From Eledone cirrhosa (Eukaryota): DNA of 64,000 bases. Location: the NCBI GenBank assembly GCA_964016885.1, contig OZ024751.1:4092001-4156000 (forward strand). Direction: 5' to 3'. Position 1 is the stretch's first letter. Each line of letters begins with the position of its first letter. Position numbers and translations under genes: made by a program. The notes under the pieces were generated by a model, which saw only the letters and a program-made list of their open reading frames with translations, had not been told where the DNA came from and made no database searches. Shown here in pieces: positions 12,791-25,907 of the stretch.

Positions 12791-12825
12791 AATAACTTGT
12801 GTGTTACACCTCTATTCTTTTAACT

Positions 12826-12996
12826 ATGGCAGTATCGGTAGAGGGTCGGACGCCATGCTTTCCAGCATAGTTACGTCCCTTTACGATCTGAGTTCAAATC
12901 CCGCCGAGGTTGACTTTGCCTTTCATCCTTACGGGGTCGATAAAATAAAGTACCAGTAATGAACTGACAAATTGCTGGCCTTGTGCCTAAAGTAGA

Positions 12997-12998
<2 letters not shown>
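12826..12998 (+). mobile_element. SINE family A
   Basis: TGGCAGTATCGGTAGAGGG...GAGTTCAAATCC...core...GCCTTGTGCCTAAAGTAGAAAC. Confidence 0.88.
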
Positions 12999-13045
<47 letters not shown>

Positions 13046-13606
13046 TATATATATAATATATATATATATATAATATATATATATATAATATATATAAATA
13101 TATATAATATATATATATACACATATATATATATTTATATACATACACATAATATATATATCTATACACATATATATATATTTATATATATATAATATAT
13201 ATATAATATATATATCATATATAAACACATATATATACATTTATATATATATAATATATATATCATATATAAACACATATATACATTTATTTTCAATCAT
13301 GTATATTTTTATTTGTTTGACCCGAATTACTTGATCGTATTTTTTGGCTGTGCGAATGATTGTTTAAACATTGTCTCAGTGTGTTTGGTATTAAATGTTA
13401 GTTATAGCTCTGGTTCTTCCGAACCATTGAGCACTTTGCCGCACATTTCGGAGATTGTTTTTCGTTATTTTGTAGGCTGAAGTTTCGATTCTCGATAATT
13501 TTATTTGTATATATATAATATATATATATAATATATATATATATAATATATATATATAATATATATGTATATAATATATATATCATATATAAACACATAT
13601 ATATGC

Positions 13607-13699
<93 letters not shown>

Positions 13700-13975
13700 C
13701 AAATAACGAAACGAAATTAAATTTCGTTTCGCTTTTAACTTAATTGTATATATTAATACTTAATTGTATATATATATATATATATAATATATATATATAT
13801 CATATATAAACACGTATTTATACATTTATTTGTATATATATATCATATCACCGCCACCACCAACCACTACCACCAACACCACCACCATCACCATCAACAC
13901 CACCACCACCACCACCACCACCAACCACCACCACCACCACTACCACCACCACCACCACAATGACAACCAACACCA
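12999..13975. repeat. (TA)n-rich tracts followed by (CAC)n
   Basis: Long TA dinucleotide runs with short unique interruptions. CAC repeats at ~13850-13960. Confidence 0.9.
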
Positions 13976-14064
13976 TCACACTTATATCACCTTATCCATT
14001 TCTTTATATGAATAATGAAAATTGAAAATATATATACATATATATATTTATTTTATATATATAT

Positions 14065-14109
<45 letters not shown>

Positions 14110-14345
14110 CACCGTTTTACATCCATTTCGCCACACTGGCATGGGTAGACAAGTTGTCCTGCTGTAAGCAATGCCATGTCTTGCTCATACAGATCTGATT
14201 TTGGCTTGGTTTCTACAGCTGGATGCCCTTCTTAATGCCAACCTCATTTACAGAGAGCACTTTATATATGCATATTCAGTCAACCAAAATGGTTGACTTA
14301 ATATACATGTGTGTTATTTTCTCAAATTTTATATATATGTATATA

Positions 14346-17300
14346 TCATCATCATCATCGTTTAACGTCTATCTTCCACGCTAGTATGGGTTTAGATGGG
14401 AATTGTCCCACTTGAGGCAAGATTGGTCATCTCGCTCGTATAGGACTGTCTGGCAGGTTTTCTATGGCTGGATGCCCTTCCTAACACCAACCACGTTTAC
14501 AGTTTAGACTGGGAGGTTTTTACCATGTTACCTACATGGCCACATTACAGCGTGGACTGTTTTTTTTGTTGTGACACCTACACGACCTCATTTATTTAGG
14601 ACTGGATGTTGTGGTACCAACATAACTTTACAGAGAAATGGGGTGGTGTGGATGGGGTGGAGTTGAGGTAGTGGGATGGGGGTGTATATTTGATTAAGAG
14701 GTGCCTACTGACTGTAGGCTTTGCTTTGTAATTAGGCAAGGCGGGTCTTCTGTATTACTGCGTAGCACCAAAGATCTCGGTCCAGTGACATTGTCTTAGA
14801 GCGGTGTAAGTGTGTAAGGTCGGAATTTATCAAAATGTCCCAGGTTTTTCTGGGTCTGCCTACTCCGTAACTTCCATTACTTTTGATCGCATTGCACTTT
14901 TTTATACAGCTGTCGTCTTTCATGCGCATCACATGACCATACCAACGTAGTCTTCTCTTGAGTAAACAGCATCTGATCCCACTTATTCCTAATTTCTCAC
15001 TTAGTTCATTTCTGCTTTGCTGTTCACGTATATTACCATTACACATCCAACGGAGCATGCATGCTTCGTTCCTCTCCAGTCTGCGCAGATCCTCTGCACA
15101 CACTGCCCATGTCTCACTGCCATGTAACATTACTGTTCGTATGCAGGCATCATACAGTCTGCCTTTCATTTTTAGAGAGAAACCTTTAGCGGCCAATAGT
15201 GGTATAAGCTCTCTGAACTTTTTCCATCCCGTCTGACTCTGGCTACTGTACTTTCAGAGCACCCTCCCCCACTGCTGATTTTGTGACCCAGGTAACGGAA
15301 GGTGTCTACTAATTCTAGAGAGCCATCTAGGCAACAGAAGGAGTTAGTATCATATGGGCAATTCCTACTTATTGCACCTGAGCACCGGCCTCATATAAAA
15401 TCTACGTTCTTAGATAGCTTACCTGTGATCCCACTACACCTTTTATGCACCCATACTTTGCATTTGGGACATAAAATGGAATTTCTGCCTACTCTTTTCC
15501 TACACACTGAACATGGCCATTTCGCAGAGTGGACCTGTGCCCTAATTTCCTTCCTACATACTAGAACTTTAGTCTTAGACAAGTTAACTTTAAGGCCTTT
15601 TGATTCTAGTCCATGCTTCTATGTTTGGAATTTCTTCTCTAGTTCAGCTATCAATTCAACTATGAGCGTTAGATCATCTGCATATAGAAGTTCCCATGGG
15701 CAGCCGGTCTTGAACTCCTCTGTTATAGCATGAAGGGCAATAATAAATAGGAGGGGTCTAAGGACACCAACTTTTACGTTAAATTCTTCACTATATTCGT
15801 TGTTAATTCTAACCTTGCTGACTGTTTCTTTATACATAGCTTGTATAGCTCTCACAAGCCATTCATCAACCCCTAGTTTTCTAAGGGCCCACCGGATAAT
15901 GGCACAGGGCGCTCTGTCAAAGGCTTTCTCCAAGACGACGAAACCTAAGTATAGGGGTTTACTTTTAGCTAGGTACTTCTCCTGTAGTTGTCGTACAAGG
16001 AAAAGAGCGTCTGTGGTACTTTTACATGACACAAACCCAAACTGCATTTCATCTAAATCAATTCGCTCTCTGATTAGTTGCGCTATAACTCTTTCTGTGA
16101 CTTTCATGACCTGGTCAATTAATTTAATGCCTCTATAGTTTCCCCAATCTAGGGCATCTCCTTTACCCATGTAGCACTTAATGATGATGCTGCTAAGCCA
16201 GTCATTTTGTATGACCCCGTTCTGTATGACTTGGTTTACTATCCGGGTGACCATTGTGTGTCCCACCATTCCAGATGCTTTCAACATCTCAGCAACTATC
16301 TCCGAAGGCCCAGCTGCCTTGCCCGTCTTCATATCTTTGATTGCCTTACCTTCAACTAGCACTGCTGGTCCCTCTATTGGATCGATTTGGGGCAGACTAT
16401 CTTTTTCCCATTTATTTTCCTCATTTAATCGTCTCTCATAGTGTCACTTCCAAGCTACCTTCTTATCAGCATCAATGATGGCAAGTACACCATCATCATT
16501 ACCGACACACTTCTCCCCGACAATATCACGGTTTTCCTTGACACATTGCCTAGCAATCCTGAACACCTCACGTTTTCGGTCCTCTCGTTGTAGAACATGC
16601 TTGAACTTTCTTTCCTTTGCTTCCCTTCTTGCAAAGTACACTTGTCTCCTAGCTTCTCTCCTGGCCACTTGATAGTGTTCTCTACTTCCCCCATCCCACC
16701 ATACTTTCCAAGCCTGCTTTTTGGCCTTGATTGACTCCTCTACCTTGTTGTTCCTCCACCACGTTACTCTCCTCCTGCCTATAGGTCTACCCCAGCCACA
16801 GGTTAACTTTCAGGAATTCCCACTGTTCCTCTATATTGTACGTCCCTAATTGCTCTTCCTTACTGTCAAAAGCATCAAGTAATATGCTTTTAAATTTTTT
16901 ACTGGTTGTGGGGTCCTTTAACTTCCATATCCTTCTCCTTAGGGTAGTCCTCCTCTGTTGTCGAGTACGTCTCATCCTGACTATGAGGTCACTAACTATG
17001 AGGTTATGTTGGGAGGTGCATTCTTCACAGGGGAGGGATTTAGTGTTTACAACTGACACCCCGTCATGTCTTCTGGTAAGGAAATAATCTATCCGACTGG
17101 TGTGTTCCCCTGATCTATAGGTGATCAAGTGATTGTCTCGTTTTTTCAAGTTTCTGTTACAGATGGTTAGGTTATTAGCGTCACAGAATTCCAGGATTCT
17201 GAAGCCTTCCTCATTTCTAGTACCAAACCCATAGCCTCGATGGATTCCGTCATAGCCATCACAATGTTGTCCAACATGACAATTTAGGTCGCCAGCAATA

Positions 17301-17748
17301 ATTATGTAGTCACTGTCAGTTATTTGGGAGGTAGTGAGCATTAGCGACTCATAGAATCTGCTTTTATAACGCCAGGCAATCCAAATTGAGGTGCATAAGC
17401 GGATATTATTGTCACAGTAGTTCTATTTAGGACAAGTCTCATTTTAATTATTCTGTCGTTCACTCTATTTACATCTATTACCTTATCTACCCATTTTTCT
17501 GTTAACATAATTCCTACTCCACCCAGCCCATTGTCATTTCCCACCCAGAAAAGTTTATAGCATCGTTTTTTACCCACAATGAATCTAGCAGATCAACCCC
17601 TCCACCTGGTCTCTTGAACACAGCAAACATCGACTTCCTTATGTTCAAGATCTCTACAACCTCGTTAGAGCGACCTTTTAAAGTGCCTACATTCATGGTA
17701 CCAACTCTGAAGTTTTGGATTGCGTTTGGTGGGTGAGAAGGATGGGTT
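14346..17748 (-). mobile_element. Near full-length degenerate RTE LINE (APE endonuclease, RT, PHD-like finger)
   Basis: Consecutive frameshifted ORFs: MNVGTLKGR, AGDLNCHVG, SRIDYFL, NYRGIKL, QFGFV, LEKAFDR, LLYADDL, CSVC..CPKC..HKRC, RLRWYGHV. (GAT)n tail at 14346. Confidence 0.92.
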
Positions 17749-17766
17749 ATATATATATATATATAT

Positions 17767-18212
17767 CATCATCATCATTTTATGTCCGCTTTTCCCTGCT
17801 TGCAAGGGTTGGACGGGTCCTATTCAGCACAACATCTCTCCACTTGTCTCGGTCCCTCGTCATCTCTTCCGTGAGTTTCAGCGATCTGAGGTCTTCTCTT
17901 ACCACCTCCGCCCATGTTTTTCGTGGTCTACCTTTACTGCGTCTTCCTTCTACTGGGATTTCTTGGTACTTCTTTACCCAGCGGTCACCCTCCATGTGCA
18001 TCACATGTCCATACCATCTCAGCCTTCTCTCCTGCACACCACAATTTATCCCTCTTATTCCCAGTTTCTTTCTCAACTCGTCTATGCTTGGTCGTTCATG
18101 CACATTGACATTGCACATCCAACATGCTTGCTTCATTTCTCTTCAGCCATCGCATATCCTCTGCAGTTGCTGCCCATGTCTCACTACCATGCAGCATCGC
18201 GCATCTCACACA
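17767..18212 (-). mobile_element. RTE LINE 3' fragment, second subfamily
   Basis: RRLRWYGHVMHMEGDRWVKK...GRPRKTWAEVVREDL, with a very short 3' UTR and a (GAT)n tail. Confidence 0.85.
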
Positions 18213-18217
18213 GGCAT

Positions 18218-18297
<80 letters not shown>

Positions 18298-19270
18298 CTA
18301 TGGTGTTCAGACTGGGGAAACCACTAATCATGGAAGTACTCAATGCATGGGGAGATGTAGAGTGGGTATAGAGATATGACACACAAGTCAAAACTGCTTG
18401 ACACCATTTCTCTGTCTATCTATCTATCTCTATATGTATATATGTACCTCCCAACATAACTTAGTTGTCAGCAACTTTATTGTCAGAACTAGAGGAACTA
18501 GGAAAGTGAAGGCAACTTGGAGAAGAAAGATCTGGATGCTGAAAGACCCCTCAGGCAGTAACAGATTTAAACATATCTTACTTGATGCCTATGTAAAGAA
18601 GAACTGTTAGAGACATTCAATATAGAAGAACACTGGAAGTTCCTAAGAAATAGCTCACTAAAGGCAACTGACAAGATTTGTGGTGGGAGCAAAACTACAG
18701 GGGGAAGGAGAGTGACTTGATGGTGGAACATTAAGGTAGATGAGGCCATTAAGGCTAAGAGACAGACATGGAAACAATGGGGGAAGCAGGGTACATTACA
18801 TACAGACCAGGAGGAATGCTAGGCGACAAGTGCTGAGGGGAAAGCTGCGTGGAAGAGCCATTCATCATCATCATCTTCGTTTAACGTCCATCTTCTACGC
18901 TAGCATGGGTTAGACGGTTATGAAAGATTACTGAATGAGGAAAATGCATGGGAAAAAGAGACCCTACCCCAATTGGACCCTATAGAGGGGCCAGCAATAC
19001 AAGTCAGCAGCAGTATAGTAAGTAAGGCAATTAAGGATATGAAGACTGGGACAGCAACAGGTCCATCGGGTGTAGCTGCTGAGATACTGAAAGCATCTGG
19101 GCCGGTAGGTCACACCATAACCACACGTATTGTTAACTAAGTAATACTAGAGGGCATCATACCAAAAGATTGGCGCAGCAGCATCATTATCAACTGCTAC
19201 AAGGGTAAAGGAGATTCACTAGATAGAGGTAACTATAGAGGTATAAAGCTGATAGACCAGGTCATGAAAG

Positions 19271-20464
19271 TGTAGTGACCTACATTCCGCGGGCTCACAT
19301 ACATTCTCTGTGCGTGATTTGGCTCAGATCAGCCAATCAGCGCCAGTAGAAGAGGATGTATCCCTACGCGCCCTGAGGGAGAAATTCCCCGCGAAGATTT
19401 TAAGAATCTCTCTCTCGCACCCTGAACTTCGAACCAGCAACACGTACAACATGTGACGGTGAGATTTTGCACTTTGGCCTGCCGGCCTTCCTTGGGCCTG
19501 GCACAATGGCACATTCCCTTTTGTAACCTCATTTTATGTGTAACTTCAACCATACAAGTTAACAAACATTATTTGTGCTACAAGGGCGGTGGATTGGCAG
19601 TATTGTTAGAGGGTCGGACGCCATGCTTTCCAGCATAGTTACGTCCCTTTACGATCTGAGTTCAAATCCCGCCGAGGTTGACTTTGCCTTTCATCCTTAC
19701 GGGGTCGATAAAATAAAGTACCAGTAATACACTGGGTATTTGCTGGCCTTGTGTCTAAAGTAGAAACAATTATTTGTGCTACAACAAAAATAAACATGCA
19801 TTTCATCTCTAATTTCTGCTGTTGACATCATTATTATGTTACTCGTGTCTCAATAACATTTGTAGTGACCTACATTCCGCGGGCTCACATACATTCTCTG
19901 TGCGTGATTTGGCTCAGTTCAGCCAATCAGCGCCAGTAGAAGAGGATGTATCCCTACGCGCCCTGAGGAAGAAATTCCCCGCGAAGATTTGAAGAATCTC
20001 TCTCTTGTACCACAAACTTCGAGCCAGCAACACGCATAATGTAACGGTGAGATTTTGCACCATAGCCTTGCCGGCTTAACGGCGCAATGGCACATTCCCT
20101 TTTGTAACCTCTTTTTATCCGTAACTTCAACCATATAAGTTAACAAACATTGTGTGTACTAGATCAAAAATAAACATACATTTCATCTCTAATTACTGCT
20201 GTTGAAATCATTATTATGTTACTCGTGTCTCAATAACATCTATAATCCATGCTGCTGGAATTGGCGACCTGACGAAAAGAATATTGTAAATAGATGGTAA
20301 ATAGATCGAGGGACCTTCCCTCACGTCTATGTCAACAAGATAATCCAACGAGGATACTATCACTTACCACACTGGCAACTAACGACCTTCAATCATCTAC
20401 CCTGTTAAAGTGGCGACTACTCTATAACCAATACTGCTAAACATTTATACTCTATGCTGCTAAA
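19271..20464 (+). mobile_element. Two tandem LTR-like repeats plus a short internal segment
   Basis: 19271-19858 and 19861-20238 both run TGTAGTGACC...CAATAACA and contain CCAAT and AATAAA. A PBS-like TGGCGACC is at 20262. AAAG is duplicated at the flanks. Confidence 0.65.
19584..19768 (+). mobile_element. Full-length SINE family A with a 16-bp TSD
   Basis: ATTATTTGTGCTACAA at 19568-19583 and 19769-19784. The SINE is absent from the second LTR-like copy. Confidence 0.95.
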
Positions 20465-21611
20465 AAAGTAACAGAATGAGTTATAGCACAGCTAATTAGG
20501 GGCCAGGTAATTCTAGATGAGATGCAATTTGGGTTTGGGCCAGGCAAGAGCATCATTGATGCTCTCTTCCTTGTGAAGCAGTTACAGGAAAAGTACCTAG
20601 CTAAAAGCAAGTTGCTCTATCTGGCATTTGTCTATCTGGAAAAAGCCTACGACAGAGTGCCCTGTGCTATAATCTGGTGGGCTCTTAGAAAAGTAGGAGT
20701 AGATAACTGGCTTGTAAAGGCTGTACAAGCCATGTATAGGGGAGCAGTCAGCAAAGTTAGGGTTAACAATGACTATAATGAAGAATTTAGCAGGCTATAA
20801 CAGAAGGAATTTAAGACCAGATGCCCATGGGAACTTCTATACGTGGATGATCTTACAGTTATAGCTGAATCTATGGTGGAACTAGATATGAAACATGGAA
20901 GCAGAGCCTAGAAAGATGGGGTCTCAAAGTCAAACTGCCAAAAACTAAGGTCCTCGTAAGTAGAAGAGAAAACAGAACCCAGATCCCCTCAAGGAAATAG
21001 CCTTACTCAGTATGTAGGTAGAAATTCCATTCGTTGCCCCAAATGCAAACTATGGGTACGCAAGAAATGTAGTGGGATCTTAGGAAGTTTAGCTAAGAAT
21101 ATAGGCTTAAAATGTAGCAGTTGGACCAGGACAGTAAGCAGCAAACGACCACAGGAAACAAGCGCTACTAAATTCTGGGAGAGTTCTGGAGAAACAATAG
21201 ACAGCTTTTTGCTACCTAGGTAACTGAATTAGCAGCAGAGGTGGGTGTTCTGAAAGTACAGTAACAAGGGTAAGAATGGGATGGAAGAAGTTCAGGGAGC
21301 TACTACCACTGCTAGCTGCAAAAGGCTTTTCCCTCAACATGAAAGGCAGACTGTATGATGCGTGCATACGAACAACAATGTTGCATGGTAGTGAGACCTG
21401 GGCCTTGTGTGCAGAAGACTTGTGTAGATTAGAAAGAAACGAAGCGTGCATGCTCCAGATGGATGTGTTATAGTAATATAAGCGAATGCAAAGCATAAAC
21501 AAATTTAGAGAGAGACTAAGCATATGAGGAATCAAATGTTGTGTGCAGGAGAGGAGAATTCGTTGGTATGGACATGTGATGCATAAGAAGGGTGAGGGCT
21601 GCATATAAAAT

Positions 21612-21672
21612 GTTGTTATACATATTTCAGAGGTACTGAATTAAGTTCAACAGTACATCCTCATCAGTTAAT
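21612..21672 (-). ncRNA. Hammerhead ribozyme-like motif
   Basis: Minus strand CTGATGA-GGATGTACTG..CAGTACCTCT-GAAA-TATGTA. Inverted partner of 22506-22568. Confidence 0.6.
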
Positions 21673-22052
21673 ACTTTAGGCACTCTAACTATTTAACAAT
21701 AAATTCCTTAATAGTTATAACTGTAAATATCTCATAAATTATATTATAGAAACTGTTGTCAATATTATAAGTAATTTTTGATAAAGATTACCTTTTGGGG
21801 GGGATATCGAACATTATATGTATATTTTCTTTCTTTCGCAGGTTTCGTAAATCCTTTAAATTTGTCTTCATAAAATTTGAATTTTAGAAATTTAACATAA
21901 TTATATTATAATATTAATACAAATACCCATCAAGTTTTAAAACCTAAGATTTGATTATTTACCTTGAAATAACATAAATTAAATATTTTGAAAATTAACC
22001 GCCAACCCTATATGAATATTTGTATAAACTTGAGCATAAATTATTCCCCTTT

Positions 22053-22278
22053 GTCTCTCTCTCTCTTTAATTACCTTTCATTTGTCATCTCAGGCTAAAT
22101 ACTAAATAAGTTACAACATCAGATACGTCTCTCTCTCTCTTTAATTACCTTTCATTTGTCATCTCAGGCTAAATACTAAATAAGTTACAACATCAGATAC
22201 GTCTCTCTCTTTAATTACCTTTCATTTGTCATCTCAGGCTAAATACTAAATAAGTTACAACATCAGATACGTCTCCCT
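22053..22278. repeat. ~70-bp unit in 3 tandem copies
   Basis: GTCTCTCT..TTAATTACCTTTCATTTGTCATCTCAGGCTAAATACTAAATAAGTTACAACATCAGATAC three times. Confidence 0.92.
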
Positions 22279-22505
22279 CTATGCCTTCCTCTCCCGCATA
22301 TTTCTATAGTAGTTTTCTCTGTAACTGGTACATTGGTGCCATGTATTTCTTAAAATATATAACTCACACTCCCTCTATTGATTCAATTACGTTCTCTCAT
22401 GTTCTCAATATTAGGGTATAAATATTGAGTTTTCTCATAAATTAATCACTACCTTGATTAAATCTTAACCATCTACTATGTCAGGGTATGTCATGTATCA
22501 TTTTA

Positions 22506-22568
22506 TTTTATCTGATGAGGACGTACTGTTGAACTTAATACAGTACCTCTGAAATATGTATAATAAAA
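22506..22568 (+). ncRNA. Hammerhead ribozyme-like motif
   Basis: CTGATGA at 22512, stem GTACTG/CAGTAC, GAAA at 22551, putative GTA cleavage triplet. Confidence 0.6.
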
Positions 22569-22820
22569 TTTAATTGATCACAAGAACATTTGTTTTGTTA
22601 ATATTTGGAATTAATATTAATTAACTCAGGAAAATATTTTCTGTAGAGTGCTTCCTATCTATTATAAAACTCATTCTTTGATGTACTCATTGAATCTTGT
22701 TTAACTCTTAAATATATATATATATATATATGTATGTAAAAGGTAAACAGAAATAACAACACAATCGGTACAGTATATGGAAGGAATATAGTAGGTTAAT
22801 GCTTGATATAGCAGGAAGAG

Positions 22821-22860
22821 GGTTTAAACGTTTCGGACGCTTGTCCTTCATCAGAAGAAA
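22821..22860 (-). ncRNA. Minimal hammerhead ribozyme-like motif (Penelope type)
   Basis: Minus strand CTGATGA-A-GGAC-AAGC-GTCC-GAAAC-GTT: canonical core, 4-bp stem II, palindromic AACGTT stem III. Stem I pairing is poor. Confidence 0.65.
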
Positions 22861-23539
22861 GAATGAGAAATTAGAAAGATTGAAGGGACAGGTGGGGTAG
22901 AATTGAAAAAAATGTTTTTAGAGAAAAATAACAGGTCCATTTATATTGACATCTCTTGGAAAACTGATGATGCTGGCGTTTTGTGTATGATATGTTTTTT
23001 TAGAAAAGTGGATGATGGAGCGTGTCTACCTGAAATGGAAAAAAAATAACGTTTTGTATAAAGAGCTATGCTTGTGCGTGTGCATATGCGTGCGTCTATG
23101 TGTGTGTGTGTGTGTTATCATACATCCATACGAAGCTAACAGGATATGTGTGTGTATATGTAAGTAAAAGAGTGTGTGTGTGCTTGTAAGTATGAAGCTA
23201 TGAGCAAAAGTATATTAATATACGGGTGTGTGCATGTGTATACAAAGCTGTGAAGGGAAAAGTAGAGTGTGCATATTTTGTTAGACTGTATTAGCTGTAA
23301 GAGTATATGTTTCTGACCAAAAGAGAGCCATAGGAATCTAGGGGTAAATGTACAATTGCGTGTATGTATATATCAATTTTAACAAACCAGACAAATAGAA
23401 TTCATCCAAGTTCGCCATTTGCCACTCACTCCATGATTTTACAGAAATCATATTTTGTAAATAGAAATCTGTATATCTGAGTGCACAGAATTAGTTAGTG
23501 GTACAAACGGTGTTGTGTGGGAACACAATTAATTAATAT

Positions 23540-24020
23540 CATTGTTTAATGTCTGGTTTACCATGCTAGCATGGATAAGACAAGTCAGATCAGGTGACTG
23601 TGTCTTTCTCATAAAAAACTGTTTCTGGCTGGATGCCCTTCCTAACACCAACCACATTTATAGTGTGGGCTGGGTGCTTTTTGCTGTGACACGTACACAA
23701 CCACTTTACAGTGTGGACTGGATGCTTTTTGTCATGACACCTACACAACCACTTTACAGTGTGGATTGGGTGCTTTTTTTTGTGTCACCAACACGACCAT
23801 GTTACTGTGTGGACTGGGCACTTCTTGTTGTGGCACCAAACAAACACTTTACAGTGTGGACTGGGTGCTTTTGTAGTGTCACCAGAACGACCACTTTACT
23901 GTGTGGACTGAGCGTTTATTGTTGTGTCATTTCCCCAACATGACCACCTTACAGAGTGGACTGGGTGCTCATTTGTCATGTCACCAGCACAACCACTTTG
24001 CAGGGAAGGTTAGGTGCTCT
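23540..24020 (-). repeat. RTE 3' UTR fragment expanded into a ~40-45 bp minisatellite
   Basis: About 8 diverged copies of CCACTTTACAGTGTGGACTGGGTGCTTTT following CTGGATGCCCTTCCTAACACCAACC. Confidence 0.75.
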
Positions 24021-24594
24021 GTTGCCTTATCTCGCCGTCTTTAACTTTGTCTTTCATCCTTACGAGGTCGATAAAATAAAGTAGCAGTCGATTAAATCGA
24101 CTTTCCCCTTCCCCAAAATTGCTGGCCTTGTGCCTATATAAGAAACCTATCAGAGAGGACTCGGTGCTCTTTTGTCATGACAGCAACATAAGCACATTCC
24201 ATGGCTTTTGTTGTGTCACCAGCATGGCCATCTTACAGGGTGGACTGAGAGCTTTTAGCCATTTCAGTAGCATTGTGGGAAAGATTATTCAGTTTTACAT
24301 GGTTTGGTCAAGAGAGGTGCATCAGATGTGGAAAGTGGGGGTGGGTGGGTGCAATATATGTAGGGTGGGGATTGGAGAGGCAAGTCTAGGATGAGGTCCT
24401 TAGCTGGTGAAGGGCGGAGTGATTAAGAAGTAAGAGGAGTATAGAAAGGAGAGTGCGAGGATGGTATATGGTGTGAGGGATATTTTAGAACACTTAATTA
24501 AAAGAATATTAATTACTGATAAACTAATTAAAAGTATTTTATTTCTCTCAGATACCCCATGGCAGATAAAACCTTCCTCTTCTTCTTCATCCAC

Positions 24595-25745
24595 TTATTC
24601 CTGAGAGGGGGGGGGGCGTGACAGATTCATCAAACACTCCTTCCAGTGGATCCTGTCAGAACCAACCATCTCCAACTGGTTCGGCTGGATCACCAAGCAA
24701 GACCAAACAACCATCCTGCTCAGTTCTACCTCTGGGTCTCCTGCCAGTTGGTTTTTGCCCATAAAGTCTGCCCAGGGATTCTCTAACACTCTAACTACAT
24801 GTCCATAGTATCAATTTGGAGAAGTAGCTGCTCTACCTGGAGTGACTCTGATCTCTGAGCTACATGCTCTATCGAGCAATGTTACTCCAGAGACCCTTTG
24901 GAGGGACCCCATTTGGGCCACTTGTATTTGCGATCATACTCTTTCAGTCATTACCCAAGATTCATGACCAAAGGTAAGGGGTGATACGAATACCAAATTG
25001 AAGATAGTGAGTTTGGGTTTTACACCTACCGCCCTTCTTCTAATTACTGAATGTTGAAGCTAGCACATTACTGCACCAACTCTTGCAATTCTTGCTCTTA
25101 ATTCAGCCTCCTGCCTTCCATCACTTGTGAACACAGTCCCGAGACACTTGAATTTCTCTACCTGCTTCAGTGGAGCTCTATTCACATGTAGAGTATACTG
25201 TGCAGATTCCTTGAGAGGATAAGTGTCTCAGTTTTTGCAGCACTGATTTTCATTCTAACCATGCAGCACTTGGCATCAAACCTATCAAGTTCAAGTCAGA
25301 GATCACCTTCTGTTGAGTTAACCATTTAGCATTTACATTACTATTATATTTTCATGGGAAAGATTTTACCTCATATATTATCGAATTTATGAGATTTTGA
25401 AATTATTCAATTTGAGAACAATACCTTAACATCAATATGAGTGGCCGATTACAGCCAGTTTGAACAGAAAGAGGTGAGAGAATTCTGGCTTGTTTAAATG
25501 GTTAAATAACACCATGTCATCTGCAAATTCCAGCCGACTGTTCATGAAAATAATGCACAGGAGAGGTGACTGTATGCACCCTTGGCAGAGTCCAACTCCC
25601 ACATTGAATGGTTTTGATTTAGCACCATTTATCTGAACACAAATACTCAAGCATAGAGACATCAGGGCAGCAAGAAGCTGACCATCGATCCCATAATCCT
25701 GCACAGCCTTCCACAGCAGGTCCTGAGGAACACAGTTATATGCCT
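24595..25745 (-). mobile_element. Degenerate RT fragment of a different RTE-like family
   Basis: YGIDGQLL...FNVGVGLCQGCIQSPLLCII...FADDMVL[insert]NSTEGDL...QVEKFKCLG. No PHD insert is visible. Confidence 0.75.
25322..25501. mobile_element. Short TTAA MITE (piggyBac-like)
   Basis: TTAA at 25318-25321 and 25502-25505, with CCATTTA/TAAATGG ends. It splits the RT motif FADDMVL|NS. Confidence 0.8.
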
Positions 25746-25907
25746 GTTATAGTTGGGCGTATTTCCAACTATAACGCCCTCTTAAAAAATTTAAAATTAC
25801 AGATAACAGATAGTAGAAAATGAAAGTTTATATCAATTCCAGTTAGTCTGTGCTACCTTCATTAACATTAAAATAACACAGAAATAGCCTTAACAACATC
25901 AACTTAA

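Larger units (their letters stand above)
18447..21612 (+). mobile_element. Degenerate RTE LINE interrupted by insertions
   Basis: SQHNLVVS...NYRGIKLIDQVMK (break at 19270, resumes ~20465 with VTE)...QFGFG...LEKAYDR...RLYDACIR...WYGHV. Confidence 0.88.

Noticed and set aside
12871-14015. YI-rich and T/H-rich ORFs
   Set aside because: Artefacts of (TA)n and (CAC)n repeats.
14958-17087. Plus-strand ORFs overlapping the RTE
   Set aside because: Antisense shadows of the LINE frame. The same pattern is seen at 50894, 55267 and 55681.
19584-19680. Possible tRNA gene
   Set aside because: A/B boxes are present, but the sequence continues into a SINE core and is bounded by a TSD.
21680-22500. Possible decayed Penelope ORF between the inverted hammerheads
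   Set aside because: Only faint hints such as LPF.G, and no alignable frame by eye.
23640-24020. Possible CRISPR-like repeat-spacer array
   Set aside because: The units are degenerate along their whole length and derive from the LINE 3' UTR. There are no unique spacers or cas genes, and the context is eukaryotic.
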